Shown here piece after piece: positions 38,213 through 39,583 of a DNA stretch of 39,583 bases. The DNA comes from Elusimicrobiota bacterium (GTDB lineage Bacteria; Elusimicrobiota; Elusimicrobia; Elusimicrobiales; UBA9959), in NCBI GenBank assembly GCA_036574205.1, contig JAINCQ010000011.1, positions 1 through 39,583 of the forward strand, written 5' to 3'. The stretch's first letter is position 1. Every line of letters starts with the position of its first letter. Under the pieces are notes generated by a model. That model had not been told where the DNA came from and made no database searches. It saw only the letters and a list, made by a program, of their open reading frames with translations. The translations under genes and the position numbers were made by a program.

Positions 38213-39160
38213 TTATAACCCCCCAACTATAGTTCTATCATTTATATTCATAAACTTGATGGGATTCCTTGGAACACCATATTCCCAGACTTCGTAATGA
38301 AGATGAGGACCAGTAGATGTTCCTGTAGATCCTAATAAAGCAATAATCTGACCTCTTTTAACTATATCTCCATCTTTAACCAATGATTGGCTCAGATGTC
38401 CATAAAGGGTGGAATATCCAAAACCATGGTCAATAATAACACATAAACCATAACCCATAGCCCAGCCAGTATATCTAACCACACCATCAGCAGTAGCCTT
38501 AATATTTACACCAGGCTGATTTGCTATATCAACCCCACTATGAAAATCATAGGAAAGTGTAAAAGGATGAACCCTATATCCATAACCTGAAGTTATATTA
38601 CCTTCTACTGGCCAACCTTTTGGGATTGATTTTTGACGACTAAATTTTGTCGTTATATAATTTATTATTTCTTCATAACCACTTAGCCTTTCTTCAGACT
38701 CTGACTTAATTGTTTTGTAAACATCTATAACCTCTTTTTCATTAAGTTTAGAATAATCTATATTTTCAAGAGCTTCTCTCAACTTCAAAGATTGCTGATA
38801 TGATGGACCTCCAACACTTTTATAATAAGAAAAATTTTCACTATTATTTTTATTCCCTATTATCCTGGATATTTGAGATTCAGTTTTCTTTACAAATTCA
38901 AGATAATCAAGGCTTTCTTCTGCTACAACCATTATTTTATTTATTTTATTTCTTAATATGCTATTTTCTATTTTCAGAGCATAATAATCTATATCCTTGA
39001 AATGATTAAACATTGAAAAACTTATAAAAATAATCACAAAAATCGCTATAATAATAAAACTTAAAAAGGAAAAATTTATGGTAAAAGATGGTATATAAGA
39101 TGTGGGATTAAAACTTATATAAATTTTATGTCTTAATAGGCTTTTCAAAAATTTTTTCAT
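38213..39160 (-). CDS. M23 family peptidoglycan endopeptidase with TM anchor and coiled coil
   Basis: HSGVD (HxxxD), YGHL and STGPHLHYE. Confidence 0.95.
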   Translation of the reverse strand: MKKFLKSLLRHKIYISFNPTSYIPSFTINFSFLSFIIIAIFVIIFISFSMFNHFKDIDYYALKIENSILRNKINKIMVVAEESLDYLEFVKKTESQISRIIGNKNNSENFSYYKSVGGPSYQQSLKLREALENIDYSKLNEKEVIDVYKTIKSESEERLSGYEEIINYITTKFSRQKSIPKGWPVEGNITSGYGYRVHPFTLSYDFHSGVDIANQPGVNIKATADGVVRYTGWAMGYGLCVIIDHGFGYSTLYGHLSQSLVKDGDIVKRGQIIALLGSTGTSTGPHLHYEVWEYGVPRNPIKFMNINDRTIVGGL

Positions 39161-39257
39161 AAAAAACAAAAGACTCTTTTAAATCAAGAGCCTTAAGCAC
39201 TGTATATAATATTATTAAATAATTATTTTAAAAATAAGTCAATACTATGTAAAGATT

Positions 39258-39583
39258 AATTTTTCGAAAAGTCCAATCCGTCGCAAAACTGTATGCTCAA
39301 GTTTTGCTGCGGGCTTTCGAAGTCACGCATAAGCCTGGCGGGCTTTGCGCGACCCCGCCTCGTTCGCCTGCATTGCCCAGGGCGAACTCCGGCCTTGCGA
39401 ACAGCACGCGAAACCGTTTAGGTTTCGCTCTAAAGGCTGTTCTGTCACGCATAGCTCTGTCGGCTTGCGCGACCCCGCCTCGTTCGCCTGCATTGCCCAG
39501 GGCGAACTCCGGCCTTGCGAACAGCACGCGAAACCGTTTAGGTTTCGCTCTAAAGGCTGTTCTCACCCGCGCGACAGCTTAAA
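39258..39583 (-). repeat. GC-rich structured element, copy 2: units 39322-39443 (122 bp) and 39444-39563 (120 bp); may continue beyond the window
   Basis: Homologous to 30051-30368, including the flanking cacccgcgc-n-acagctt. Confidence 0.9.

Noticed and set aside
355..39000. Numerous short antisense or alternate-frame ORFs in the track (e.g. 14513-14884, 25989-26492, 37929-38297, 29661-29933)
   Set aside because: They are shadows of well-supported genes or repeats and have no recognisable motifs.

Overview
AT-rich bacterial chromosome segment, densely coding, mostly housekeeping and envelope genes. The gene style suggests Elusimicrobiota, but this is an unverified inference. From left to right: the 5' end of a probable IS481-like transposase that the ORF track misses (1-191); pntAB; a tightly coupled minus-strand operon Nudix-NTPase-ECF-like transporter-anmK; a WD40 protein; a glycosyltransferase and a radical SAM gene whose start codons overlap head-to-head; a methyltransferase, a DUF4405-like protein and a hydrolase; C39 peptidase-oppA-gapN-nth-lplA-like; a long minus-strand run (ileS-lspA-TPR-ArnT-like-peptidase-P1B ATPase-queF); two stand-alone receivers; REP-like hairpins; tRNA-Leu(CAA); and yjbQ/AI-2E/cNMP/SplB-like/deacetylase/ABC/SurA/bactofilin/M23 genes. 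The most unusual signal is a GC-rich non-coding element present twice (about 30006-30368 and 39258-39583). It is built from ~120-bp tandem units whose stems show compensatory base changes. The first copy lies directly behind tRNA-Leu and is framed by tRNA-like ends. A CopA-like P-type ATPase with several altered catalytic motifs is the second notable oddity.
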